DNA of 61,240 nt, counting the filler, from Rhabdomonas costata (Eukaryota): the NCBI GenBank assembly GCA_019059605.1. It is 19 parts of 19 records of this genome, joined end to end, with 100 filler letters (N's around TTAATTAATTAA, not from the genome) between each part and the next. Parts side by side here need not be neighbours in the genome. Positions count along the whole stretch, not along the records: positions 48,443 to 51,566 come from JAHMHO010001334.1; positions 51,667 to 54,790 come from JAHMHO010001335.1; positions 54,891 to 58,016 come from JAHMHO010001336.1; positions 58,117 to 61,240 come from JAHMHO010001337.1; 15 more parts are not named here. The stretch is one strand, 5' to 3'. A model generated the notes under the pieces. That model did no database searches, was not told the DNA's origin, and saw only the letters and a program-made list of their open reading frames with translations. A program made the translations under genes and the position numbers. Positions 48,637 to 61,240 of this stretch are shown here, piece by piece (positions within the stretch are counted from its first letter, which is position 1; each line of letters begins with the position of its first letter).

Positions 48637-50975
48637 ACATGGACCACCCTATATGCGGGCTCTTTCCTTTCGCTTTGGGTCTTACTCAGGGATGGTGGCT
48701 TTCCGACGGAACGAGGACGGACCGCACGGGTCACGGCTATGACATCACCTTTGCCCCGCTCTGCAACTACTTCTCGGACTCGGGGTGGTTTGGTGGACTG
48801 ATTCGGGTTCCGTTGTATATTCCCGAGCCGATCGGTTTGTGTTTCCACTCGAGGGGGGCAGGGGGTTACGCTTTTCGAAGGTGATTTTGGGATTCGGCTG
48901 TGACTTGTTCCATAATGCGACCAAAAGTGAGCGGCAAATGCTGAATGGATTTGGTTAGTACCTTGTGTTCAGACAGGGGTGGGTGACGATGTGCAGTGTA
49001 TATGTTCCTTATCGACCGCGCAGCACTTCTGTCTCCCTCCATATATATCTTCCTGACATCTGTTGCGTTAGTAGGCCCGCGTCGCCTTGTCAACTTTTCC
49101 AGGTAAAAAACTGTACAAAATTATAGAAAATGTTTCTTTCTTAAGAATAGTGGGCATGCCGTGGTTATCGTGATCTGTACAAAAAGTGAGAGAAATTCGG
49201 TGTCCCGGCATGCGGGGGGCGCCAGGGAGGTTTTCTTCCTTCGTGTTGTGCGCCTGCTGGCTTCGAAAAATGTTGACAAGTGTCATTTATTGAGAAACAC
49301 ACCAGAAAGCGAAGGCGAATTCTTTCCACAGTTCATCTTTTGAACTCTTGCGAACCTCCCATTAACCAAAGAGAGGGGTCTCGGGCGGGGTGGATGCGGA
49401 AAACTCGCTTTTGTCTTCTCATGAGCTTTCAGCACCCCCTCACTCTGTTTTTGTGTCTCTCATTCAGGGGCACCATCAGGATGCAATTCGACGGTGTACC
49501 TACCCCCCGTCCCCCTGAACCCGACCACAGAGACGCGCTCGGCATACGTCAAGCCAGGGGCTGGCTTTCCGCAGCGCACGGAGATTCTCAGCTGGGGCAG
49601 CTCCACGGGAGCCTACTCAAGCTTTGCTTTGAACCAGCGAATGGTGTGAGAAGTTGCCGCAGCAAAGTGCTCCTTTCAAATTTGAATCCTGAAACAACTG
49701 ATAAACAATCGTGTAGCGCTGATTCAGTGGTGTGACCTATGACCTTACAGAGACCTCAGAGTGGCGGCTTTTTGGATCGGTTTTGAGATTGCACTCTCCT
49801 TCTATAATGCACGATGTGGGTGGTTGTCTGTGTGCCAGATTGCAACGAGCAGTTTTACTTTCATTCGCTTTGGTATTGTCATCTGATTTGATTCACTTCC
49901 ATTTCATCCCCTAAAAGCTGCAGAAATGTGAACTTTCCCTTCTTTTTTTTTGGAGGAGGGGGGAGTGGCGTGCAACAGGGTTGCGTGGCCTCTTTGCGAG
50001 TTGAAAGGCAATCTTTTTCCGTTATGTTTCGAGGTTATGCGTGGTTGTTTTCGTTCAGCTCGAGTACACTCTTGTTGATGGCTCCAAGTTTTGCCAATGG
50101 CGGACCTCATCTTCCAAACTCACCTCAGACACCGATTGGTTCCACGCTGCTGTTACAAGGAACTACACCGATGTTCGGCTGTACGTAAATGGGGAGCTTC
50201 AGTTCGACGCATCGGCCAATCCTGGGTTGAACTGTACGGCAAACCCCTTCGTAAGCACAACTTCAATCGGAAGGTATGGGGGACAACCCAGTTTCGCCCC
50301 CCCACCGACAGCCCCAGTTTTCTTCATTTTCGTCTCAACATTGGTTCAACGGCTTTTTTTTCCGCCCTTTGTCATTCAGTCTTTTGTGTACGTCCACCTG
50401 AGCTGAAGGGCATTGCCCATAATTTCTCAGCCTAAGCATACGAGGATGCCCTTCATTCTGTCTGCGTGTCTTCTTTTGTTTGTGTGCTCATTCTTTCGTT
50501 TGTGTTCAGTCCTACTCTCGGATCGATACCTAAGGAATGCCCCCGTGCCGCTGAACCTAACACGAGCCCGTCCCCACCCCACTTCATCTAAACTTTTGCA
50601 TTCCCATCTATCGCATATCCCATCCCCAACCCATCTGCTTGATACCTATTTGCCACCGCCCTCCTCCCTGCACTTATTCCAGAGCCATTCATGGCGACTT
50701 CTGGTTGACTTTGCTCCACATACCTCCTCTCCTTCTCCCTCTTTGCAGTTTGCTTAATGGCGGCAACCGCACCGGCATTTACTATGGGTACATGTTTGAC
50801 ATCCGCTACTACGACCACGTGCTCACCGCCGAAGAGATCAAATCACTCACCACTCCCACTCCAACAGCCACAATGACCTTGACATCGACCCCCACAATTA
50901 CCCCCACGACCTCCTCGTCAACAACGATCACGCAGTCCTTGACGCAGACTCCGACCATCACTCCAACTCCCACAG
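48637..50975 (+). CDS. LamG/concanavalin A-like domain protein with a Thr/Pro-rich mucin-like stalk, internal exons
   Basis: Exons 48637-48792, 49468-49643 (TRSAYVKP), 50059-50273 (WFHAAVTR...VRLYVNGEL) and 50749-50975 (YYGYMFDIRYYDHVLTAEEIKSL, then TPTPTAT...). Confidence 0.8.
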
Positions 50976-52292
50976 GTATGGAACTGCGTTGTCCTGGCAG
51001 ATCGAAGTGCGGACGCAAAGCGTTGCTGATTTGCTGAGCTTTGCTTTTTTTTTTTGCCAAGGGGGAGACAGAAGGACGGAAGAACAGGGATTAAGGATTG
51101 TGGGTTATTTCAGGGTTGCCTTTTGGGCGTTCCAGCTGCTCCAGATTCTTTAGGTTATGATTGGAATTGGAAGCGTAGAGACACGGTTCGCGCGGAAACC
51201 ACCAGTGTAGGTCGTGCTTAAGGGGGGTCAATGTTAGGTCTCCGGTCCGGTCCAGGAGGCACTATGGGAATGCCGCCGAGCCGCCTCGAAGGCTGGAAGA
51301 ATCCCCAGAACAGCGGGAAGAGAAACGAAAGTAGATGACTTGGTCTCGCTTTACGTAGATGAGCGCATTTATAAACGCAGGAGACGACATCTGTGTTGCT
51401 ATGTACGTATTCAGTAATTTAGAAAATTTAATAATACGAAAGGCAGGCAAAGACACCCCAAAAGGGTGTAACCTCGGGTGTCATTTTGGATGGTGGTAAA
51501 TGAAGGTGCCCCTCTGGGGTGGGAAGCCCACAGGAGTGAAGAAGGCCTTAAGGTTCCCCCACACCANNNNNNNNNNNNNNNNNNNNNNNNNNNNNNNNNN
51601 NNNNNNNNNNTTAATTAATTAANNNNNNNNNNNNNNNNNNNNNNNNNNNNNNNNNNNNNNNNNNNNAGGCAAATACCCTGAAGTCACGACAGCCAAATAT
51701 ATTGCCCGTGCCACCTTAAAAAGTGAGAGTTGGAAAAGAGGAACCGAAGCGTACCATTTGGACTAAAGGGGGTCAGAATAGTTGCTTCTTGTGCATTGGA
51801 AGCTCCTGAATCCAGGTTATGTTTTCTGGGGGTATCACGATGTTTTACGTGCGTGTGTATTAGCTATTGTGATATTAGGTTGGTTTTTCTCACTTTTGAC
51901 ATGGCGCAGGCCATATAACGTGAGGAAATAAATGTCACACTTGGCAGAGGGCAGCCGCTTCAGCGTAGCGTGAGGGTAACTTTCGTGTAAGCGGATCGAT
52001 TGTCTTGGACGGGCACACAGCAAAGGTCTGGTGAGCACCCACTCACCCACGTAACGCGCGGTTTAACGCGGTTTAACGACGCGGGACTCAACACCGAGCA
52101 CCAATAGATTCAAGTTTCGCAGGCGTCACCCTCGAATTCCAGGCGAGCTCTTTGGCCTCCAACAAGCGTGAGTATCACACTAGGTGGCTCATATAACTCA
52201 CTTGCCTGAAGTGCGGATTGCACATAGCTTGTTAGTTTTGGCCGAGACACCAGTACTTCAGGGTAATTTACCCCCAACTCACCCACTCACAG

Positions 52293-53795
52293 GTTGGCCT
52301 GAAGAGTCAGTTGGGCTCATTCTTTTTCTGGTGGCTCGCCCTGTTGCTGTACACCTTCACGCTTCACTCGTTCGGGGTGGTGGCGGGGCACCTCCTGCCG
52401 GACGTCCAGACGGCGCGGACCGTCGCCAACGCGGGCAACGTCTTGTGGACACTTTTCGGGGGCTTCGTGATTCCTTTTGGGCAGTTTCCAATTTTCTGGA
52501 GGTTTGCCTTGTTTCCGCCCCGGTTTTTGAGCCGAAAAACCTGGAGCTCTGATTGGGGCATATCATCGCCATGCACTGTCGTGGATGTGAAGATATCGGG
52601 TCCAGCAGAAACAATTATTGATCAGCATTGGTTTTTTGCCTCACCACAACGGGCTCTCTTGTTGTTTCGCGCCTTCTAGCAAATATTGCAGCGGCTCTCT
52701 TTTGATCCTGTGGCGTTGAATGGACCAATTTTTCTCATCACGCTGCATATTTGTGGAAGAGCCACCGGTGTGCTAACATGACATGAGTAGTTGCGCTGCA
52801 CGAGTGTGCGAATTGCTCAAAACGAATTCTGTCATTTGTTACCGTGTGTTGAATGGAAACGGGAAAATAGCTGAACACCAGATGCGCACCTCAAGCTTAG
52901 CTTCATTTTTTTTACACTGTGTCACGGCCCGTTATTTCTGCACAACCTTTGGGTACCGACTTGCAGGTAAATCATCGATTAATGGCACATGCTCGCAACT
53001 AAAGCACTTCAGCGTCCCGATTGTGGCATAACTGCCTCACTGCCTCATTGGTAGTGAGTTTTTGTTTGCCTGAGGTTGTGGTGTGGCGCAGGTTTCTTTA
53101 CTATGTGAGTCCGCTGTCCTGGGCATTCCAGAGCGTGCTGGTCTCTCAGTACTACTGCGAAGGCCCCAATTGCCCCTTAGTCTGGGTACCACCTGTTCTG
53201 TGAATTCTCTCTTTTTTTTGTTTCCCCAATTTTGGCCTCACCTTTAGACCGTACTCATCAAATATCCAGGGGCACGATCTCTGGCGTATTCATTTGTAAA
53301 AGAACTTTTCATCCTGACACAGCAACCGTAACACCCTTAATCTAATTCTAACGATTCGTGCACACAATGTTGAACCCCCCACAAGGTCCGCTTCTAAAAC
53401 AATTTGATTGCTGAAAGGGTTTGTCATAGGGCCCCTGTTGTATGTCCATACTTCTCCCCAGCAGCGAATATTTTGTTATTTGCATGGTATTTGGTTGGGA
53501 CACCCGTATCTCTTTGGTTTCGAGCTTGGAGCTTCACGTTTCACAACCATTCCTTTTTGTCCTGGGTGCTGACAGGATTCCTTTTTGTCCCTCTTGCGCT
53601 TCTATTGTGCAGGTCCTGGACCCGGCGAATCCTGAGCAGCACATGCAGATCCCAATTTGGGAGTACCTCCGCACTTACTTTGGAGCCGACCCAGACAGGA
53701 TGTGGCCTGGACTGGGCGTTCTGCTGGCCATGATCATCTTCTTCCGTTCGGTGGCTGTCCTTGCGCTTCAGTTTGTGTCCCACCAGAAGCGGTAA
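52293..53795 (+). CDS. ABCG/PDR-type ABC transporter, C-terminal membrane domain
   Basis: Exons 52293-52501 (LFGGFVIPFGQFPIFWR), 53092-53185 (FLYYVSPLSWAFQSVLVSQY) and 53613-53795 (FRSVAVLALQFVSHQKR*). Confidence 0.9.
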
Positions 53796-55869
53796 TCGTT
53801 GTTTGTTCGGGTTTCCATTCTCTTTCCACACTGGTGAGACACCGGTGCGGGGCCCTCAGTTTATGGGAGCTCCATTGCGCAAGAGTCCTCCTCTCCTCCT
53901 CTCCTCTCCTCTCCTCTCTCTGACTGCAAAATTCTGCAGGCCTGTCCCCTTGTGCACTTCTCTCACTGTCTCTCTTTTACCGCCCTTCCCCGAGCCGAAT
54001 TTTACAGCCCAATGCTGCTTGCTGAAAAGAAATTGGGGCTGCTTTCTCAGACTGCGGCGAAAACATGAATTGCTCGAGAGTGCCCCATCACCGTCCGTTT
54101 TTTGGGGAGCATTCATTCTGCAAACCCCCGCCGCCTCCACTTCGCACCTGACTGTTGGAGCCCACGCTCCGACACTGTCACTGCTATCGCACTGTGTGCG
54201 GAAGGACAAGTGTTCGTTGACAGGAAATCCTCTCAGGGAAAACCTCGTGAACTTCTCATGTTTTTCTTCAAGTCCCTTCGACTTAAGTTCTCAGCGACGT
54301 GATGAAAACGATTATAATTGCCCCCTATGTATTGCCAACTGCTAAATTAGTACCGTTGGTGACAAGTTCTGCCCACGCGAGGCCAACGGCCGAGAGTGAA
54401 AGTGTGATCGCATTGCCACTTTTCTCCAGGCTGTGACGTCTGATTGATGGATTGATTGGGTTGACCTCGAGAAACGGGGAAAGGTCCGGTGTGAATTGAA
54501 CCTGAGTTGAGGAGGTTACCTTTCAGAAACTTCTGTTTCTTTTAGAGAATAGGCAGTTTGTTCCACGGCAAGTTGCACATAGGGCAAAGGTTCCTAATGA
54601 ACACAATAATAAGACGATAAACACAATCGCTGGAGGGAAGGGCAGCGAATGTGTTAATGTCAACTCAAGAAGAACGCAGCTGCTTGAAAACAAGTAACAC
54701 CAGATGTCAAGTGCACGCACCCCCCCCCTCAACAATAATTACAGGCCGAACAGGTAGTAAGGCGAAGCACCCTCAGAAAGACACAACAACNNNNNNNNNN
54801 NNNNNNNNNNNNNNNNNNNNNNNNNNNNNNNNNNTTAATTAATTAANNNNNNNNNNNNNNNNNNNNNNNNNNNNNNNNNNNNNNNNNNNNGGGTGTTTTT
54901 ATTGGCGTTTTTAAATCGTATTGGATTTCTTTCTTCTTGCTTTGTGCCTAGAGCGGTGGAAGACTTTCGACAGCAATGGTTGGGCTCAAGGGTTGCGTTC
55001 GAGGTTCGACGACAAGGGCTGGCGGAGGGCTGCGCATCTGGCGCGAGGGGTGCGGATCTTTCGGCTCTAAGAACGCAGCTGGAAGCAAAGCCGGTTTTTT
55101 TATTTTGAATCGTTTTAAAACAATTAACAACATGGCGGAGCCAGGGCTTTATCTGCACTTTTCTGGGACTGCGAAAGAGGTTGACGTTTCTTTTAAGAAG
55201 ATGGGATGTCCAAGTCATCTGCAGGTTTGAGAGAAACACGCGCATCTCTGCCCCACCTACCCCGCCACTGGGTTTTCGTAGAGTAGAAGGTTTTTTAAAG
55301 GGCGATGCACATCTTCAATTGGTAGGCCGACAAGAGTTATATCGAGCTTTGAGAATCAGGCGGAAACTAAGCACACAGGGGCCGGTGTACATGCACGCGG
55401 TGCGAGCCCACCGTTTGGTGAAGGCTAGGGAGTTTTTGCTCCAGGCTCCGGTCGTCTCAGCCGCACGGGAGAAAGCTCCGCTAAACAACTCGGCGAACCT
55501 CTTCGACTCAACGACATTTTGAGATTTTGGTGATGATGTTGCTCAGCAGCAAGAAAGGAGAGTCCCATGGACAGAAAATGTGTAAGACGACAACTGTTTT
55601 TGCCTTTCGTACCACCTAGCCTTCAAGTCGTCGTTCCGACCAGTTCCATTGGACGGCACACAAGCACTAACCTGGGGACAGGCCCAAGCAATGAAACAAA
55701 GCGAACAGTGCGGACGAACAGAAAGCAAAAGACCGTTTTGTAACGCTCTGTTTTTTTTTTTGTTGGAAAACGGGTTTGGCCTGTGTCTGTTTTTGATTTT
55801 GTTGAGTTGTGCCTTTTCCATTTCTTCACCAGTTTTCAATGGCTGTGCTTGGTCTTTCCTTTCAGCTCA

Positions 55870-56934
55870 ATGATGTTTTTATGCCATAGTCCTCTTCTGC
55901 TTTCTCTTCTTGTTGGACTACTACTTTACGCGGGGTCCACGACAGTTAATGATGCTACTTGCATTTATTCTGTGTCGTCTGCCTCGGTTCAACCTTATTT
56001 CGGTCCACTGACTAATGTTTGCATGGAAGAGACTTCATCGCCGCCACCTGTTTATCCTTCTCCGATACAATTGGGTTCTAGAACTGCCACTGTTGAGGTT
56101 TACATAAGTGTGCGACGAAGCAACGCGCATTGGTTCACTTTTGCTCTGGCATCCCTGGAGCGATTCTCTGCTGGTCTGATTCATGGGGTCCTTGTTGTTG
56201 TGCCCGCTGCAGACGTTTCCCTGTTCAAGTCTCTCGTCCGAAGTTCGGTTCTGAAGATTGCTGTACAGAGTGTCAGGTTCCAGGGCAGTGCTTTGGATAT
56301 TCTGAACGCGGACACATTGACTGGAGCTCACTTTGTACTTTTCTGGAGTCCTGTGGGAATTGCTTTGCGGAAGCTTGCGCAGGAGGACCTGTTCACTGGG
56401 GATATTCCCAGGATTTTTTACAAGGTTTGCATGAACGTGTATCTTGTTGTTTTTTCTTCGCGAACGAATCCTTTTGCCTTTTGAACTGGGAACGGGGATG
56501 ACTGGATCTCAGCCCATACGAACGCCACAAAGAAGGCCACAAAGAGTCCCCAATATTGCCACTCGGAGCACACGCACACATCATCACACTCTATTTCCTG
56601 TTTCCATTGTTTCTGGAGCTCAGGCTTGGGAGACCTCCAGCGAGCACGTCCGACTCGATGCACAACGAGCTTCTGGAGTTTCGCCTCCGGTTCGGCTGTC
56701 GGGGTTTGCTCACATTCTTCTCCCTCGGATGGTGTTTGCAGCCGCCCGCGAAAAGGTTAGTCGGGCTCATGGCGGCGCCAGCGTCGAGAGTGTCTTTCAC
56801 CCGTCGCGAGGGTTTGACGAGACTACTGCGGTTGATGTCCTTGGAACCACCCTGCGAACTGATTACCTTGATCTGGCCCACTGGGAGCGGCAACTGGACG
56901 ACACCACTCCTTTCCCGGTTTTGCTGCTAAGCAG
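55870..56934 (+). CDS. Signal-peptide protein with a GT-A glycosyltransferase-like domain
   Basis: Exons 55870-56424 and 56624-56934. The translation includes LASLERF...VLVVVP...LNADTLTGAHFVLF...DLF...P. Confidence 0.5.
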
Positions 56935-58263
56935 GTGTGAGTGGGTGTCATTTTCTGTAGCGTGCTTCGTTTGTGGTCAAATCTCTGTTGCCCACCAACC
57001 ACCCTCCCCCCTTTTCTTTATTCTTTTGAATTAGTAAAGTTTGGGGTCAATGTCGGGGTGTCGAACGGTACGACGGGAATGCACTCTCGCTCTAAAGAGC
57101 CGGTCATGTTGTAGACAGTGCGCCCTCTTCTCACCCGCTAGGGTTTGCCTTTGTATGGTCCTGTAAGAAAAATTGTTGCTGGTGGTCGTGACCCCCCCCA
57201 GAAAAAATGCAAGAGCCACTTGTTTTTTTTTCCGACGAACGGTATGTACCACGCATCACAAAACGCCATAAATGGCAAAATACCAGGCGGTTAAATGTGA
57301 AGTTGAAATCAAAGCGGTGATATATATTGCCTGTTTCTTGTTTCGTTCCCAGAAAGTCCTTCCAGAATGCCCTGCGGCAGACCTTCCTGACGGTCCATTG
57401 TGTTCTGAGGTCCACCACTGCGAACGAAAGCCAGCTGTGCCTTCGTTTCCGCAGAATGAAGATCAAAATGAATCAAGTTCACAACACCAAGTGAGAGGGT
57501 CAAAGGAGGGATGAAATTCGGTTCAGTAGCACGCTTCTACACGCTCGATCGACCTTCGAGCGCGGCCGAGAAGCCAGAGCGCTGTGGCCAAGAGAAGTTC
57601 CGCTCCGCCGCTGAATGGCAGTAGTTTGAGCAGGACGCTCAGACCAGCACGGTCAAAGAGAAGTTCACAGAGCTCGTTTACGTTTGCTGTGATTGTGGCT
57701 GCCAGGGGATGGGATGGGATGGGATGGAAGGATGTTACAGGCTGCTGTGGCTTGCTTATGTTCAGGATGTGGGCAAAAGCTGGAAAAACCAAACGATTTG
57801 CATCTGTATGCACTTGCAGTTTGGTTTGGTTTGGTTTGGTGCCGGCTATTTTTCTTCGCTGACAAAGGGTTGTTGTTTTCTTTTTGGCGCAACGCGCAAG
57901 AGCAAGAAAACAGGTGCAGTAAACAGTCCCAAATCTTCCCCCCGGGTCTTCAACTCAATACGTTCTGTGACACTATTGAATTGGTTGGACTTCACCCCCC
58001 CCCCTCCTGCCGACACNNNNNNNNNNNNNNNNNNNNNNNNNNNNNNNNNNNNNNNNNNNNTTAATTAATTAANNNNNNNNNNNNNNNNNNNNNNNNNNNN
58101 NNNNNNNNNNNNNNNNATTAAAAGAATCACAGCAGAGCCGCAGGCCAGAGCCGAGCGGAGACCATGAGGGCCTTGCAGAGGGTACAGAGGCGGCGAGAGC
58201 AGGGCGAACAACGCGACCGGGACGCTCAGATGAATTAGTGGGCGAATGATAGAAAGCGCTTGA

Positions 58264-59277
58264 TCAAGCTCGGTGGAGCTGCAGGCATAATAGAGCATGT
58301 TGGGTGCGGTGGGGAGTCCGGGGCCACAGTGCGTGCAGCTGCAACACCAAGACGCCCTCAAGTTGCTGGGGCAGAGTCGCACGCTCAGCTTTTGGAACGG
58401 GGCAGAAGAACGTATTGGAGGGAAACAGGAATTCCTCCTCAGAGGGGTACTGTGAGATCCAGGAGACCGGAGCCCCACAAAAGAGTGCCGCATCGTCATA
58501 AAAGTATGGATCACATATGTTGTGCAAGGACTGCAGAGGGCGAATGGCAAACAGAACGTTTCCCTTGAACGTTGAGTCTGCAGCTACATCGAAGCTTGCC
58601 GTGGTGGATACAAAGGCAAGGTCGCACAGACAAGGCAGCTTCAAAGGAACTGCATCGCTATCTGCAAACGTGGAGGCCTCGTCAAAGTTGCGGTACTGCC
58701 GAACGAACGTTTCGTCGACCGCGCCACTCAGACCTCGATAAAGAGCCTTGGGGTACTCGCCGTGATCTTGGCAGTCAGACAGAAGCATCAGGGCGCTGTC
58801 CAGCGCGGCGCCTGTGTGGAAGAACTCGCGCGCCATTGCCCTGCGGGCACCATTAAGGGCACGGTACCCCGGGCCGGTGCCGCAGCGCAGCGACCTGGGC
58901 GCGGTTAAGCCCGGCTCGCCGTGCCAGCGGGTGGACCAAAAAGTCATCCAGAGTTAGGCCCTCGTGCCCGCGGTCACGCAGTTCTCCATCCCAGAGGCGA
59001 GCTGCCTCATCCTCAGGAACAGCGGCGGTGACATAGTTCAAGTGAGCCGCAGTTTCTGGGGAGGAAGCCCACTCTTTCCGAACTGTTCCTCATCGGAGAT
59101 TCGCGGGTGGCCTTCGGGAAAACGGCTGTTCATGGCCATTGGATTTCCCGTGATAAGATTGAGATACTTCAGCTCCCGAGCATCGTCTGGTGCTCGCTTG
59201 CGGCCACCTCGATGCGAAACTCGCCGATCCGGAAGGGTATTTTGAGGCACCACAAGGACACTGGTGCAGCACCCCAT
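58264..59277 (-). pseudogene. Intronless R-S-E (ARTC-type) mono-ADP-ribosyltransferase with at least two frameshifts
   Basis: MGCCTS start; LDDFLVHPLARRAGLNRAQVAALR / TGPGYRALN; LYRG, FVSTT and WISQYPSEEEFLFP catalytic motifs. Frameshifts lie near 59085 and 58880. Confidence 0.8.
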
Positions 59278-60133
59278 GATATGCACACATATAAATAAAG
59301 AATGATAACAGCAACCCAAAAAAACTCCGCCCGCCTGCGAGCACACCGCCGTCAGACGGTGAAAGATTAGACGTAAAAACCAACTCTGTAGGAGTTAAAA
59401 CTGACAACAGAGTTAGTTTTTACTAGTTGGCGTGTTTCATTACAAGCCGGGGGGATCCTTTCACCTGCCCGATAATACAGCGAATCCAGACAGTGCAACA
59501 CTGAAGCACCACCTTTCATCGGTGGCTTGAGATGGCTCAAGGCGGGTTTCTTCGTTTTCACTTCGTCTCCAACTTGTCCATTTGTACAAGGCAACTCAGG
59601 GGCCATACTAAACATTGAGAAAGCCGGTTTATTTTGGGTTCCACGTTCACCCCGCACATCTGAGCAGGCAATATGCTGCACCTGTGATGAAACCGACGCT
59701 GATGAAAACAAGGCTCCAAAAACACATGGCAGGACTTCCTCGAGTCTCGAAATATTCGAGAGTCTGATCCATCGGCTCCACGCAACATCAGATGTGGTGA
59801 CGAGGCATCACGACTGACCAGCACAAGGCATTGCATTCAGACTGAAGGCAAACCGGGCACCCCCGAACTAATCTGAATCACAAACTGCGCACACATACAC
59901 ACGAGCGCACATAAACAATCGCGAGAAGGGCAAAAGCCGAAGCCACCGACCGCAAAGCAGTCAGAAAAAACGGCAGAGTACCCAGAACCAAAACCTTCCG
60001 CACACAATCGTATTCCCTCTCCCCCAAGATATTTCCAACGCCTGCCTCTTTTGGAAACAAGGCACAAAGCCATCCCATTTCCGAACACGTCAGCTTTCCT
60101 CAGTTTTTAACATTTCCCATGCTGTTGGGCATC

Positions 60134-61026
60134 TCACTCCGAATTTTTCGAGCCCGCCTTGGGGTAGCCAATGTAGTACACCACGTTGGGGCCCCACCAG
60201 ATCCTTTTGGTGCCAATCTCCCACTCAAACTCCTCGTAGCCCTCCAGGGACCGCACCATGCCCCACACCTCAGCCGAAGAGTAAGTCCGCAGGTGAGAGA
60301 TGAGCCCGTCGAAGCCTATCACGAAGGGTACCACGGGAATGACCCAGCTCAGCAGAAGCTGCCGCCAGGAGAAGGGCCTCACGAAGGGGGCCAGCACAAA
60401 TGATAGTAAGGAGCAAATCGGCGACCCGAGCAGAAGATTGAACAGACTCCGCTCGGTGACCTCAAAGATGGCGATCGGGGAGCGAGTACGGAGAGCGTTC
60501 TGAAAGACAGAACGCGCGAAATGAATGGAGTGAATTTTGTTGGAAGAAGGGTCGGGGGTTGCACAACGCACAACCCAGATGAACAGTTGGCATGCCCTTC
60601 AATCCTCCAATTCGCGGCGTCAAACATTGGCCGTCCTACCTCACCGCTCGGTAAGGTTCACGCTGGAGAAGCTTTTCTCAGATCGTTCGGGGATCTTTCA
60701 TGCTGTGGGTGCATCGGGAAATCTTCCAATGGGTGGTGAGTGTGTTGGGCATGCATGGGCAGCCCTGCAGCGTTTTGGGGGGGGCTTCCGGTGTACAACA
60801 AAGACAGTAGGCATGCTTCAGCTCTGCCCTCAAGGCCAGGGAATATTGATTTACAAACATTTCAGATGTTCGCCACAATGCAACTTGATGTCAGAGTCAC
60901 GTACCTGAAAAACTCGCCGGGCAAGGGCCTCGGGGAAATGGTGGAAGGCCCCAAAGATGGTGCGCATCCCTTTCATCGTGCACGCCGTGGCGTCGACAGA
61001 AACGGGCAGGTACTCCAGCTCGCAGC
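60134..61026 (-). CDS. Class I SAM-dependent methyltransferase-like protein, C-terminal exons
   Basis: Exons 61026-60905 (VDAT...RTIFGAFHHFPE) and 60499-60134 (IAIFEVTER...PFSWRQLL...IPVVPFVIGFDGLISHLRTY...YYIGYP). Confidence 0.75.
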
Positions 61027-61240
61027 CTGAATCTTCAGCGCGGCCACCCTGCACGCAACCACCACCACCCCATCCAGAAGAGAGATTCATTGACTTATTA
61101 GCTCCCTCCTTCCCTCCCTCAATCCCTCTCTCAAACCCAGCACCCAAGTGCTGCACCTCAACACCTTGCTACTCTGGTTCTTGGATGGAACCCAAGCAAA
61201 GAATACAAAAACAAACCACAAAAACCTTCACACCAACACA

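Noticed and set aside
54891-55522. Possible additional exons upstream of the GT-like gene
   Set aside because: I could not assemble a consistent spliced frame or recognise a domain.
3134-58116. Regularly spaced TTAATTAATTAA as a biological repeat or CRISPR-like array
   Set aside because: It is always embedded in N runs and is an artificial concatenation linker.
3234-61026. Euglenid non-conventional (stem-loop) introns
   Set aside because: Every junction I could model is explained by GT-AG or GC-AG boundaries.
1-61240. tRNA, rRNA and spliced-leader RNA genes
   Set aside because: I saw no recognisable cloverleaf, rRNA or SL exon by eye. A tRNAscan-SE or Infernal run would be needed to exclude them.

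Overview
This window is not contiguous DNA. It is 19 unrelated contigs of about 3.1 kb, joined by 100-nt artificial spacers (N44-TTAATTAATTAA-N44). Most contigs come from an intron-rich flagellated eukaryote, most likely a euglenid. That assignment is inferred from a photoactivated adenylyl cyclase (PAC)-like gene, the flagellar gene CYB5D1 and degenerate GT/GC-AG introns. Recognisable host genes or fragments are a BLUF-cyclase, CNOT1, a WD40 protein, CYB5D1 (complete), a SpoU methyltransferase, a mitochondrial carrier, an O-fucosyltransferase-like protein, a LamG/mucin protein, an ABCG transporter and a class I SAM methyltransferase. There are also frameshifted F-box/LRR and ADP-ribosyltransferase genes, a decayed Ty3/Gypsy element and Merlin-like transposase stubs. 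Three things stand out. (1) The PAC-like protein has its BLUF-cyclase modules in the reverse order to Euglena PAC, or has a third module, and its second BLUF is degenerate. (2) An AT-rich Polinton/adintovirus-like contig carries an A32 packaging ATPase and a PLA2-pX protein, a shared ACGTA upstream motif and two in-frame stops. (3) GC-AG introns are unusually frequent. Family assignments come from motif recognition and recalled sequences; no database search was run.
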